A stretch of 59,115 bases of DNA, the filler included, from Platydemus manokwari (Eukaryota): assembly GCA_037951405.1 (NCBI GenBank). It is 6 parts of 6 records of this genome, joined end to end, with 100 filler letters (N's around TTAATTAATTAA, not from the genome) between each part and the next. Parts side by side here need not be neighbours in the genome. Positions count along the whole stretch, not along the records: positions 10,998 to 20,025 come from JBBMOY011311872.1; positions 20,126 to 28,856 come from JBBMOY011358427.1; 4 more parts are not named here. The stretch is one strand, 5' to 3'. Positions 12,813 through 24,600 of the stretch are shown one piece after another. Within the stretch, counting starts at the first letter, position 1, and each line of letters begins with the position of its first letter. The position numbers and the translations under genes are program-made. The notes beneath the pieces were generated by a model. The model ran no database searches, had not been told where the DNA came from, and saw nothing but the letters and a program-made list of their open reading frames with translations.

Positions 12813-14260
12813 ATGGAACCTTCGGCAATGATCATACAATATTTCTCGCCCTATTTATATGCAGGAATAAAATCAGAAAGAAGAAAGACTCCATTCGGAA
12901 TCGGAAGGCGAATATTTAAGAAGATAACAGACATCTAATAAATTAAAATCGACATCTCAGCAACTACGGACAACTGTAGTTATCCACTCTCTAGAGCAAG
13001 CTAGTTTCGAACTAGGAGATAGAACTCCAAATCTGACTTATAATCCCTGCATGATCAACATCCACCGTGAATAATTCGATATTACAATTAAATGTATAAA
13101 TGAAGAGATTGAGCTGGAAACATTCTCATCCGCATCTATCTCCATTGAAAAATCATCATGCGGAATTCAGAAAAATGATAATCGGAGCAAAGGAAATACC
13201 ATATACAATTATGGTAAAGTGCATTAGACCTGAACCAGAAGAATTCGTAGCAACCCAAATCAACTTCCTTTCAGTGAACCCAAAATCCTCATGTCTTTCA
13301 TATAGGAAGCCTGACTACATCAACAGATACGAAGAAAGATTTTTAAATGAACTACCTGGATATGAAATACGCAATTGATTTCAATGGGAAAGAATACCCA
13401 ATTTTGATAATTATAAGGGGCCACAGAAGGAAAGTAATCCTGGAACAAACCCGTTGCGCGAGAACGGAAATGAAGCACTACTCCGTTAACAAGAACGGAT
13501 TCGGTGAATACGCAGTTAGGACGACGGATTCCCAAGAAATCAGTAGAAAAGTGATTGAATTATTAAGAGGAAAAATCATTGTCGGACATGATCTAAAGAA
13601 AAAATGAAAGCATTATCGATATTTACCGAAGAAATAATAAGCACAAGGGATATCAAAGGAGAAGAACGATAAACAGGATTATGAAAGAAAAGAACGTATT
13701 TCCAAGAGGTAATTTACATTTATAATGAAGTGATCGACCAGTGGGTAGATGATGTGAAAGACTGCGAAGACAAAAGGTATCAAGAAAAAATAAGGAATGA
13801 CGAAGAAGAAATGCACAGACAGGTCATTATATTTTCAAATGGGCTGAGGAAAATTATCTAATAGAGGGAACACTAATCCGAAATAAAGTAAAAATCTGGA
13901 AATTGAGTTCGGCTGAGGAACACTATCTCAGTCTGTAAAGAGATAAATTTTGGAAAAAGTGAATGCGCGAATACAGAGAGTTTAGAGAATTAAAACTTTG
14001 ATGAGTTATATGATAATTTTTATGTTTAGATCACCGAAAATTTCAACAATTAATCGCCAATGCAATTGGAAATGACCTAACCGACGAAGATCAGATATTT
14101 CTAGAACAGCTTTGGATAGATGCACAAGCAGAGGAAAATCACTTACTTGCAAACGATGAAAAAAAAAATTAGCAACTCTTGGTTGCCCTAGAGGAATATA
14201 TTGAGCAAGAGAAAACCAGAGAGATCTTTGAAAATTCGAATCTAAGTTCTAACGCTTAGG
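12813..14260 (+). pseudogene. Decayed intronless ORF containing a DEDDh 3'-5' exonuclease (REX4/ISG20-like); probably mobile-element cargo
   Basis: KYAIDFNG (Exo I-like), then QEISRKVIELLRGKIIVGHDLKK and, after a frameshift, MKALSI...TRDI, matching the LLKGKILVGHDL..D..AL...RD block of REX4/ISG20. Flanking coding-like pieces are broken by stops and frameshifts, and GC is higher than in the flanks. Confidence 0.6.
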
Positions 14261-15470
14261 AGTTTCTACTAAGGTAACCATGGGGAGTCGTCAATGCAAA
14301 ATCAGTCAAAAGAGCATTCAAAAGAAAATCGAATGAGGAATCAAAATCTAATGGGAAAATATGAAAGCATGAGGGCATGCCTGCTGAGACTCTCCAGTAG
14401 TGTAGCGTAATTCAGGAATTAAAACCCGATTTTAGAAATATTGTATCAATATGATGAATCAAGCCCATCAAGGATAGTTCTAGCTGAATATCTTTAAAAC
14501 ATTATCGATACATTGTGGATCAATTTTTCTAGTGAATGTATAATTCTGACAATTTTTATGGTAACGATTGTATGTATAAAATGTGTTAATTTTTATATCG
14601 TTTAAGTGTATAATTGTATCGATTTTTAATTTGGAAAAACAATGTAACTTTTTTATTTTTAATTTTAAAGGTTTTGAAATATTAATTTTTTTAATTGGAA
14701 AAAACATCTGGATAAAATAATTATAATAGTTATAATAATAATAACAATAATTTTAAAAGGACACGGAAATAATTATGAAAAGTTATAATTTCAAGGATAT
14801 TGTGAGATAATAGTTAAATAGTTTAATAAATTTGTTGGGGAAATAGCAAAATAAAAAAAATATAATCAATCCCAATATGAAAATAAACTGTAACAATTTT
14901 GCCATTCAAATTGTTTCGCTTGATAACATTTGATTTTGATGTGTAATGTAAATGTATCAGTATTGTACAATTTTTATAAATAAGTGTATATTATAACAAT
15001 TTTTAGGCTTGACAATTCAAGCGTTTATGTCGTTATTTTAATATCATTGTATAAAAGTAGCTATTTAGTCACTTTTTTAGGCTTGATTATTCAAGAATGC
15101 TTTATTGTAACAATTTCATGAAAAGCTTGATTAATCATGCAAAGTATTTTAGTTTTATCTTTTTAATAATTAAATTTTACTTTGCAAATCAAGCTTCTGG
15201 TTAATTATTGAATTGGTAAATAATAATAATAATAATAATAATTATCATAAAATGATAATAATAATTTATTTACGGTTAATAAATATTTTAGCACCTTTTT
15301 CAAGAATTAAACATAGAAAATATTAAATTATTTATATTTAATTATTCCAAAGTTAACAAGCAAGTTTTATTTTAATAAAATAAAAGGGAAATCCTTAGGG
15401 AATAAATTTATTTGTATCCATTTTCGTCAATAATCCGTGACGATTAAATTCGTCTCCTGATTCAAATAAA

Positions 15471-15908
15471 TAGGGGGGAAAACGTCATAATGTCTGAACT
15501 ACCGCCTGTTACACAAAACCATCTGTTACGTGAAGCCGTCAGTTGAAGCCCGTTTTATTCTGATACCACTAGCTCGTAGTGAGTTACAACAAGTCAAATT
15601 CATCAATTGCGTGAAGCTCGTATTCGATCCGATTCATATTTACCACAGCCATTGTTCAAGTATATGCTCGTTAACGTAAGTCAGATTAATTCTGTTAACC
15701 ACTGATCAATACTATAATGTATATTATTTTACTATCGAGCTTTGTCTCAAATATCTTGAAAGGTGGTTTTGCTGCAAGAGAGTGCAGTCTATTAATCGTA
15801 AATCTTCCCCAGAAGCTTGATAAGGTTGTTCTTGTAATTTTTATATTTTATACTTAACCACTGTAAACCGTAATAATTTATATACTCGCTATTGATGCTT
15901 TGGTGTCA
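15471..15908 (+). mobile_element. Possible degraded gypsy-type LTR with upstream polypurine tract and downstream PBS-like motif
   Basis: TAGGGGGGAAAA at 15471-15482, then CGTCATAA (TG start mutated), about 415 nt of higher-GC non-coding DNA, then TGGTGTCA at 15901. Canonical TG...CA ends are not intact. Confidence 0.3.
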
Positions 15909-16256
15909 AAAAATATATGGTAAACAACGAATTTGTTATTGATTTGAGTGAGACTGATAATTTTGATAATAGGAGTTTGAAGTCGAGACTGATAGTTTTA
16001 TTAGAGTGCACATAGTGTTAAAATCAACATATTTTTCATAGTTAAAATTGATCATTGTTGCCGTTTGATATTATCATCATATAATATTGAACGCGAGGCT
16101 AAGAAAGAATTAAATAAGTTTAATAGATCATACCAAGGGCTTGATCAGACAACAGTGATCATCAACAATAATAGAATAAACTTCGAGACTGATATGGTTA
16201 AGTTTAATAACAAAAATAAATATAGCAAGCCGCAAAACGCATCAATTACGTAATTG

Positions 16257-17243
16257 GGCTAGCTTTAAAAAAGGGTCCTAAAATAAAATTTTTAATTTGT
16301 GGAATGCATTGCAAAAATCTATATAGTTTATTTAATTAAATGCTGTAAAAACATTTTGAATTTTTTATTTAATTATTTGAGAAAAATTTTAGATGTTTAT
16401 AACCAGAGTTTTAAAATATAATATAAATTATTTATTTGATAAACTGCTCAAAGTAGATCAATGTGCAAGCACCGTAGATTACTTATATTAAGACCTACCT
16501 TTTTTACAAAAAAAAATCAGTATAAAATCCAGGGGGTCTTAATAGGCGTAGTCAGCAACTTGGCTTGCTGGATCAACCATTTCTGCCTTTATTCAGCTGC
16601 TTTATGGTGCTACACAACAAATCGATATTTCAGCTAACAAATCTGTGTGCAATTTTCTGATTCCCCTACAATGGCTGAATGGCGAAATTCCTATACTGCA
16701 AGATTCAAGCTAAAAGTGGTTGTATTCGCCAAAATCAATGGGAATATATCTTCAGAACGTGTATTTTGGCCTCCACTTACTGCCAAAATGATCAGTACGT
16801 GGCAAAAACAAGAAGATCATTTGAAAACTATTTATCAAGATACAAAATCTGTAGATACAACACCTAAGAATGAAAAGCATAGCAGAAATTGGTGAGTTCT
16901 ATTTTGGAGGAGCAAATATAATAGCGGGTGTCGAAGATATTGTGTTTGAGTTATTGAAAGACTGGAGTGATATAATAAGAAAAAATTGCTTCTGAAATCT
17001 AGAAGCAATAAACACAAGTTAAACAGAAAATTTAATTTAAAATGATATTTTTATTTAATTTTAAAATTGTGAAAGCACGATCCATAATATATACGGTTTG
17101 TTGTAGTTGTTTTTAATCTAAAATTAAATTCATGTAAAAAATTTCATTAAAATATGATTATAAATAAATTTTAATATTAAATAACACACGAAAAATCATT
17201 ACATTAACATTGGGTCAAAGGACCCTTTTTCTTAACATAATAC
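16257..17243 (+). mobile_element. GGC-ended MITE family copy 1, interrupted by a pogo fragment
   Basis: Starts GGGCTAGCTTTAAAAAAGGGTCCTAAAATAAAATTTTTAATTTG...GCATTGCAAAAATCTATATAGTT and ends GGTCAAAGGACCCTTTTTCTTAACATAA. Confidence 0.7.
16470..17010 (+). mobile_element. pogo/Tigger-type element 5' fragment with Brinker-type DNA-binding domain
   Basis: Begins ACCGTA (pogo-like end). ORF MAEWRNSYTARFKLKVVVFAKINGNISSERVFWPPLTAKMISTWQKQ matches the R.SY...FKL.V...A...GN.AA.R.F......IR.W.KQ motif. Confidence 0.75.
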
Positions 17244-17575
17244 ATTAATTGTATTGATTAAAATCATTTTAAATGTTTGATTTAAATATAATGTGTAAAT
17301 TTTTTTTAGATGAAAAATTAAACAAACTGCAGCTTTTAAATTATCTTAAAAATAATAATTATTGTTATTATACAATTAGCAAATTCCTTTTTCTTCAAAA
17401 GTTAAAAATTAATCATGCGCGAAAAATTATTATAATAAAATTGGGTTACAAGATATATTTTTTGACTCATCCAAATATTAACCTTAATATTTTTCATATT
17501 TAATTGTTATAATTAAATAATAGAGTCATCAACTACGCCGCAATATTTCAAACATTAAATTGAAATTCTGGCAAT

Positions 17576-19377
17576 ATGACGACTTCCCAAGACGTTGAAA
17601 TGAATGATGTGAAAAGACCTCTTATGAACGAGGCCGAAGTTCCTGAGGTTGAATTTAAAAATACCAAACAAGATTTTCAAAGCGATAAAGAGAATGAATT
17701 TCGTGGTTTAACCAAAGAAGAGTTAGAGAAATTTGCGAAAGATCCTTTTTGGAGGAAGTTGAGAATAATACTTTTCGTTTTATTCTGGGTTGTTTGGGTT
17801 GGGATGCTTATCGCAGCTATTTTAATTGTAGTTATGAGTCCAGCATGTCCTAAAAAACCGAAACAAGAGTTCTGGGAAAAGAAAACTGGTTACTGGTTAG
17901 ATCCGTTTGCGTTTCTCGATTCAGACAACAACGGTGTAGGCGATTTTAAAGGTTATTCTTAAGGAATTAAAATTGAAAGTTGAAAATTATTTTGTTTAGG
18001 AATAATGTCTAAATTGGATTACATTGAGAAACAGGTTGGTGCTGGCTATATAATATTAGATCCAATTTTCAAAGGCCAATATTCTGTGGGGCAACACATT
18101 GGTTTGGTGAATAACTTTCTACAGGTTGATCCAAATTTGGGTTCAATGGAATCATTGTCAGCTCTGATTAAAGAGACTCGTAAAAGAGGGATTGAAATTG
18201 TTTTAGTGGCTGATTTTAATGCTCTTTCGGATGCAAGTGAATTTGTGAAAAATGATACAAAAAACGTTTTGATTCCTTGGAATGAGAAATTTAACAAATG
18301 GGTACATAAGTACTGGTATAATATTTCTAAATAAAGTCGACATTTTTCAGGTCAATAGAGGAGGGGGAGATGCGAAAAGAAATTTTAACGGTAATGAGTA
18401 TTATTCAGCTGTTGATTCATCCAATATGCTGGAATTAAATTTGAGAAGTAATAAAGTTCTGGAAAAAATCAAGGCAAATCTATTGAGTTTTTATTGAAGT
18501 TTATGTATTGATCAATTGTAGGAATCGGTGAAATTTTGGCTTGACAATGGAATTCGAGGATTCCTACTAACTAATGTAGGCATGTACGTTGAAAATCCCG
18601 ATTTCGAATCGAATCCCGTAATTTATGTAAGATATTACAATATATTTTTGAAATGATAACAATTTTCATTTGTATTTTAGGACCTCAACCAAACATGGTA
18701 TAATAAAAAATGGCTTAATAGTCAATTGTTTACAAATGGAACACAGTTATTCCTCAAAGAAATTCGCAAAGTAATGGATGAAGTGGCGAAGAAAACAGAT
18801 AAATCAAGGTGACTTAATTTGTTTTTCCTTCATTAGCTATTGCAACTACAGACCCAATCATTCTTTAACATTACATATGATTTGTTTGTGTGTCTGTTGT
18901 TGACTTGTTCGTGTGTATTTTCTTTATGCACATACTTTAGGCAGAAAGTCGTTGAGTGGGCGTAGAAATCGATAATTTTCTATCCAAATGATGAAATATT
19001 GATAAATATTACCAAGTAATTTTATGAATAATTTATTACAGGGTGCTGATTGTTGATGCTGGTGATGTCGGATTTGGTTTGGATGGCTCAGACGAAATGC
19101 TTCAATATTTGGGTGAAAATGAAAAAATCGCTGATATGATTATTAGCAGACAATTTCTAGTGAATAAAGGATGGTAAATAATTTGATGGTGCTTTTCGGC
19201 ATAATTTATTTTTGAATGACAGGAAAGTAAATAAAAATAATGTGAATTCAACGGTTAAAAATTATATGGATACCGTCCCACCATCTAAACGAAAAGGAGT
19301 TGCCTTGTCATCTGCGACTTCAAGCATCATGAGATCGAATGATATTTTACATATGGCTTCACCATTTTTAGTTGAAG
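17576..19377 (+). CDS. SLC3A2: SLC3 amino-acid transporter heavy chain (4F2hc/CD98hc-like), 5' part; 3' end lost at the contig gap
   Basis: Exons 17576-17951, 18000-18301, 18351-18473, 18522-18617, 18681-18808, ~19042-19173, ~19224-19377. FRGLTKEELEKFAKDPFWRKLRIILFVLFWVVWVGMLIAAILIVV (SLC3A2_N motif plus TM), conserved Cys in SPACP, and GH13-like DSDNNGVGDFKGI..KLDYI and FWLDNGIRGFLLT with the catalytic Asp absent. Confidence 0.92.
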
Positions 19378-20025
19378 GTAATCACAGAATTGATTTGGTC
19401 TCCTTTCCGATAAAATCCAGTTGTATAATTTAAACGATTCAATTCATAATTTGAAAAATATTTAAAAACCGTGCTTGATGAAAATGACTTCAAGATTCAT
19501 TTATAAGAATTAGATTATTAAAGTTTGTTTATTCATTAAAGGATACCGTTACTATGTTATGTGATTATTTTGACAATTAGTGACTTCTAATGAAATTGAC
19601 ATTATAATATCAACATTGAATATGCCGTTGGCATTGAATTGTTATTGTTGATGCTTCAACTTTTGTATCGATTTTTAGATGAATTTTGGTCACGAAATAA
19701 TAAATTCTGAGACAATGGAACGATTTTACTGAGCTTAAATTTAGTTTCGAATTGATTTATAAAAATGAGTGCTCCTTGATAATAATCAATAATTCAGTGG
19801 TGAAAATCTAATATTTTATTTGTTATTCAGGAGAAAAAAATATCCACTTTTGAACATACTAGCTGAGTGTGTGTGTGTGTGCAAAATTGAAATCAAAGTG
19901 TGCTTTATTCAGAGTAAAGAAAATGAAATGCCTGTAAATAGAAAATATCTCGAAACACGAAAGATAAAATTCTAGAAAATTTAGCCAAGTACAAAAACAA
20001 TATTTCATTACACAGATTAATTTAT

Positions 20026-20125
20026 NNNNNNNNNNNNNNNNNNNNNNNNNNNNNNNNNNNNNNNNNNNNTTAATTAATTAANNNNNNNNNNNNNNNNNNN
20101 NNNNNNNNNNNNNNNNNNNNNNNNN
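20026..20125. other. Artificial contig spacer
   Basis: N44-TTAATTAATTAA-N44. Confidence 0.98.
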
Positions 20126-21760
20126 AACAAATTTATAAACCAAAATTCAAGAGTTGATAGAAAATATCCTATAATGTAATTTCATAATGCCAAGCAAAAA
20201 ACCTTGGAACTCTCCTTTGGTCATGGTTCTTAATAAAGATGGATCAGTCATGATGTGTTTAGACTTCAGAAAATTAAACGAACAGACTGAGGAGTTTTAT
20301 TTTCCGGTACATGATATCCAAACTTCATTGAACTCCGTGTATGGCGCAACAGTATTTTCCACTATAGATTTAGGCCACGTATTATGAGGTTGAACCTGAG
20401 AAAGATTCTAAGTTGAAAACGGCGTTCAGTACTAAAACTGGCGAGTTCTGTTTTAAAAGACTAACATTTGGACTATGTACCGCAGCAGCAACGTTTCAGA
20501 GCCTATTGATTGCACACATGAAGAAATATGGTTTGCAAAATTATTCGGATTCAATTTTGAGCTCCAATATAGGAAGGTATAAGGTCATGGAAATGTGGAT
20601 AGACTCTTAAGGATCAGCGAAGTATTTTGTTCACAGTGCTTAACTGGGGACGAAGGAGCTAAAGAATGTAAACCAAAAAGTCGGTTTATTAATGTTGTCG
20701 AGCGTTCCATTTCAAATAATGACGAACTGAGGAAGATTAAAGAAAAAGATAGGGTCGTTGATTCTATTCATAAATGGTTACAGAAAACCGAAGCATGAAT
20801 CATTTCATCGATCACGAAAAGCAAATATTTTAACAGTTTAGAAAAATACGAATTGTTTTAAGATATGGTGGTGTACAATGAGTGTTGAAAGAAGCGAATT
20901 GTTGTGCCAGAGGTTCATTCGCAAAAACTAAAGAGATGCCTTCATTAGAGGTTGTGCAATATCAGTAATAAGAAATTGGTCCATTACATTCAAAAGATTT
21001 ACTTCTGGTCAAGTATATCACGAAGCAATCAATACGAAGTACGGAATTACGATATTTGTGCTAAACAGAAGGTATACAGTGAACTGAATAAATAAATTAT
21101 GATTCCAAGGGAAGAATTTGGTCCTTTAGATTAGATCGTTGCTGACGTCGCGCACTTTGGTGAATTTATGACTTAAACAAAGTATCTGTTGGTTATAGTG
21201 AATTCAGTAAGATTAGTGCCACTTAGTCGACAAGACAAGCCAAGTATTTCCAGGTCCAGCATTGATAATTGGATCTATAGATATAGTACTCCAAAATCAA
21301 TGCTCAATGACAGTCTTTGAGGAAAGGGATATGAAGGAATACATTTTCGAATAAAACAAGAATTTACCTCCCCATATCAACATTAGCCAAATGGCTTAGC
21401 CGAAAGTATGATTAGGACATTCCAAGACACAGTGGTAACAACGTTGGCATCAGAGAAACTGACTTGGGGTAAATTAATACCTCGTATAGAATTTATTATC
21501 AATGCAACATATCAAAGCTCAATTAGACAATTTCCTTTTGAAATTTTATTTGGATGACGAATTATTATGCATGGATTACCATTTAATGAACCAACCCACG
21601 ACAACCAGGTCATCAATGAAACAGAGAACCAGCTAAAATCGGTGGCTATTAATTTAAGGAAATTTGATGCTGAAAAAAGAAGTTGACGAATTTTCGCGTT
21701 TGGAGAAAAAATTTTAATGAAGAATTTTGAAATTTTTATGCCTATACCAAGTGCTTAATG
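20126..21760 (+). mobile_element. Ty3/gypsy LTR retrotransposon pol remnant (RT N-terminal half plus integrase)
   Basis: PWNSPLVMVLNKDGSVMMCLDFRKLN, VFSTIDL, KTAFST..GEF.FKRLTFGL..AAATFQ; later integrase pieces SPYQH*PNGLAESMIRT and PFEILFG. Many stops and frameshifts. Confidence 0.9.
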
Positions 21761-22299
21761 ATTTCCTGGGACAGAAAAAACCTTGAAGGTTATTCATTTT
21801 TAAAAAAAATAAATCAAGTAATCTATTTTCGAATATTTACTAAATATAATATTGAAATTATCTTTAAAATAACAGATCAAAATAAAGAATCTTTGAAGTT
21901 ACACCTTAATAAAGTTTAAATTTTATTTTTTTTAAAAATGGATTTAACAAATTTTCTACCGATTTATGGTATTAATAAAACTACTAATTTTGATTATATG
22001 AATATTTCTGATGATTTACACTTAGACGTTGAAATTATTATAAGAGATGAGCAAAAGAATTTTACTGACAAAAAAATATAATAATGAATTTAGAGACTAA
22101 AAAAGAAAAGGAATTTCCTTGGGTTCAATAAGTAACTCGCGTAAAATTATTATTATCCTTATAGAATTTCACCAACTAAAGAAGTTTATAATTTTCTTTA
22201 AAGATAAAAATACTGAAGGAGAAACTTTAGTTTATAATAAAATTTAAATACAAATAGAAGGAGAATTATATGGATAATTATCTAATTCGAATCTATTTT

Positions 22300-23362
22300 G
22301 ATTTTCTACAATCCAGTTAGTAAATTCCTTAATACAATTCTCTCCTTGAAACAATCTGCTTTCACTTTCTATTATTTCAGGAAATCAATTGTTTAATAAA
22401 CACAGGAAGGAATTTGGTTGCTTATAATTTCAGTATTTTTTAATCTTTATTCTTCTTGATATTTTAGTTTTTTCCTTCTTCTTTCTCCTTTTTTCTTTCT
22501 GTATACATTTTATTTCATAAACATTTATTTTAAAATTATTTCTCTTTTCAAAATTTTTAATCTCATTTAAGGGTGTGGGAAATGTTATTCCCTCAAGATT
22601 TAATTTATCAAAATGTTTTACATAATGATATGGTCTATTCGGATGTCTTTTCCTATCAATTGGGTATAAATGAGCTAATATTGAATACAATAAGCATTTT
22701 CTATCATAGCTTTGCACATTTACTATTTTATTAGAGATAAAAGGTAAAAATTTACAATTACTTCCGGATAATATATATATATATATGAAATGTTTACTTT
22801 TATAGTACCTAATTCAAATATTTTCCAACCACTACCTTTTATTTTTAATAAATCATCATTTAATTTCTGAGGAAAATATTTGATTGTTTCTAATAACTGA
22901 TAATTCTTAATTGGATCTTCACCAATTTTAAATGTTCGATCCGAACTTAATGTTATTGTAATGTTATCCTTTACATTTTTGTTGTGATTTATATTTTATA
23001 AAATAATCTTAACATTTGTTTGAAATTTAATGTTTGAATATTTATTTAAGAATTTTAAAATGTCACAAGATTCTTCTGAAATATCGGAAATTATATTTTT
23101 GGTTGATTGAGATTTTTTATTAATCTGATGAGTTTTGTAAATATCGCTCATCTTTCCACAGGCATTATCCTGTAAAGTTATTTCATTGTTATTCGTTGAC
23201 TCTTCTTCATTGTCTTTGGCAGACGAACTTTGTTCGCGGTTTAAAACCGATCAACAGTTTTTTGCAATTTCATTATACTTTGTAATGTTTTTTGAATTTC
23301 AACGGGCTTTTAGAATTTGAATAGTTTTAAACGTTGAGCCGCAAATTTGGCATTTGTGCACA
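22300..23362 (-). mobile_element. Polinton/Maverick (adintovirus-like) protein-primed DNA polymerase B gene, N-terminal region, decayed
   Basis: In order: HKCQICGSTF (zinc-finger-like), KGSGWKIFE, LSGS....LPF....IVNVQSYDRKCLLYSILAHLYP....HPNR...Y......LNLEGITFPTPLNEIKNFEKRNNFKINVY, then LFQGENCIKEF. This series is characteristic of the Polinton PolB N-terminus. Confidence 0.8.
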
Positions 23363-23894
23363 TTTATTTTTAAGATTTATTTTTGATTTATAAAACATGT
23401 TTTTAAAAATGATGTGTTTTATTCAATATTATTCATTTCAAATTTAAGGATATAACAACAGCATCCGATAATTGATATTATGATAAATACTCTTGTTATT
23501 ATTGTTAGTAGCGGCTACTTCACTTGTAATTGATGTTTCAACAAAAGAAGTCATTCTTACGATTTTCTTAAATTTTATTTTATTACAACACTTAATACAA
23601 TTTTTAAATAAATTATAATTCCATTCCTAGAGAGTTTCAATATCAATCTTAATCAGGTATATATATATAACAATATTAAAAAAATTTAAATTATCTTATT
23701 TTATATAACATATTTTAAAACACTATTTTTAAAATTTATTATCCTATTTATTATTTAAAATAATGTTCTTTAAAGCCATTACTTAAATAATAATTTTAAA
23801 ATTACTAAAAAATTATTTTTAATTATTTTGAAATTTTAAATTTATTATCATTTAATTAAAATTAATGCTCTATTATTATTATCACCTTTTGTAT

Positions 23895-24600
23895 TTATGG
23901 GACAAGATTCGCAGACAACAGTAGACATTCGTTTGGCATCATCAATCTATATTCCATCAACAGGTTATGAAAGCCAGAGGGTTACCTGTATTCTTGCGCT
24001 TTGGATGGAACAAAATAAAATGGAATAAAATAAAAAGAAAAATAAAATTGAGCGGTTGTCCGGTGTGCACATTTTGGAAACAGAAAATGCATGGAGTACC
24101 CAAGCAGCAATTAGAAAACGTATTGTCCCAATATTGCCAATGGTTTTGAGAGGTAATAGAAGAGGTTTAATTATATGTGATTCAGCCAGTCTTCATCGTG
24201 CCAATGATACGAAGAATTTTCTTAAAATGAGAGGTGTTGATCAAATAATGATACCGGTTGGAATGACAAGGTATCTCCAAAGTTTAGATTTGGTAATAAA
24301 TAAGCCATTTAAGGACAATCTTAGATTAGAAATCAATGAGTATATTGAGAGGAGAATGATGAAAAATGAAAAGGGGAACTTTGTAAAATGGAATCAACAA
24401 GAAATAGTCAAGTGGGTTAGTAATGCATGAGCTAAAATTAATGATAACTGTGTCAAAAAAGCTTTAAAATCTGCCTATCTGGACATTTCGGTTTCATTCC
24501 AAGAAAGCTTCATAGCAAAAAATAAGAGATTAGGACCACTTATCAAAGATAAACTTAATTCACTGGAATTAATCGAGAATCTACTGGGTAGCTTTGAAAT
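23895..24600 (+). mobile_element. pogo-like DDE_1 transposase catalytic domain remnant
   Basis: ENAWSTQ...GLIICDSASLH...IPVGMTRYLQSLDLVINKPFKDNLR...IVKWVSNA* (W mutated to stop); upstream frameshifts. Confidence 0.88.

Noticed and set aside
18046-18297. Antisense/overlapping ORFs (also 37087-37311, 41775-41966, 13320-13535, 24599-24877)
   Set aside because: Shadow frames of real coding sequence; no independent motifs.
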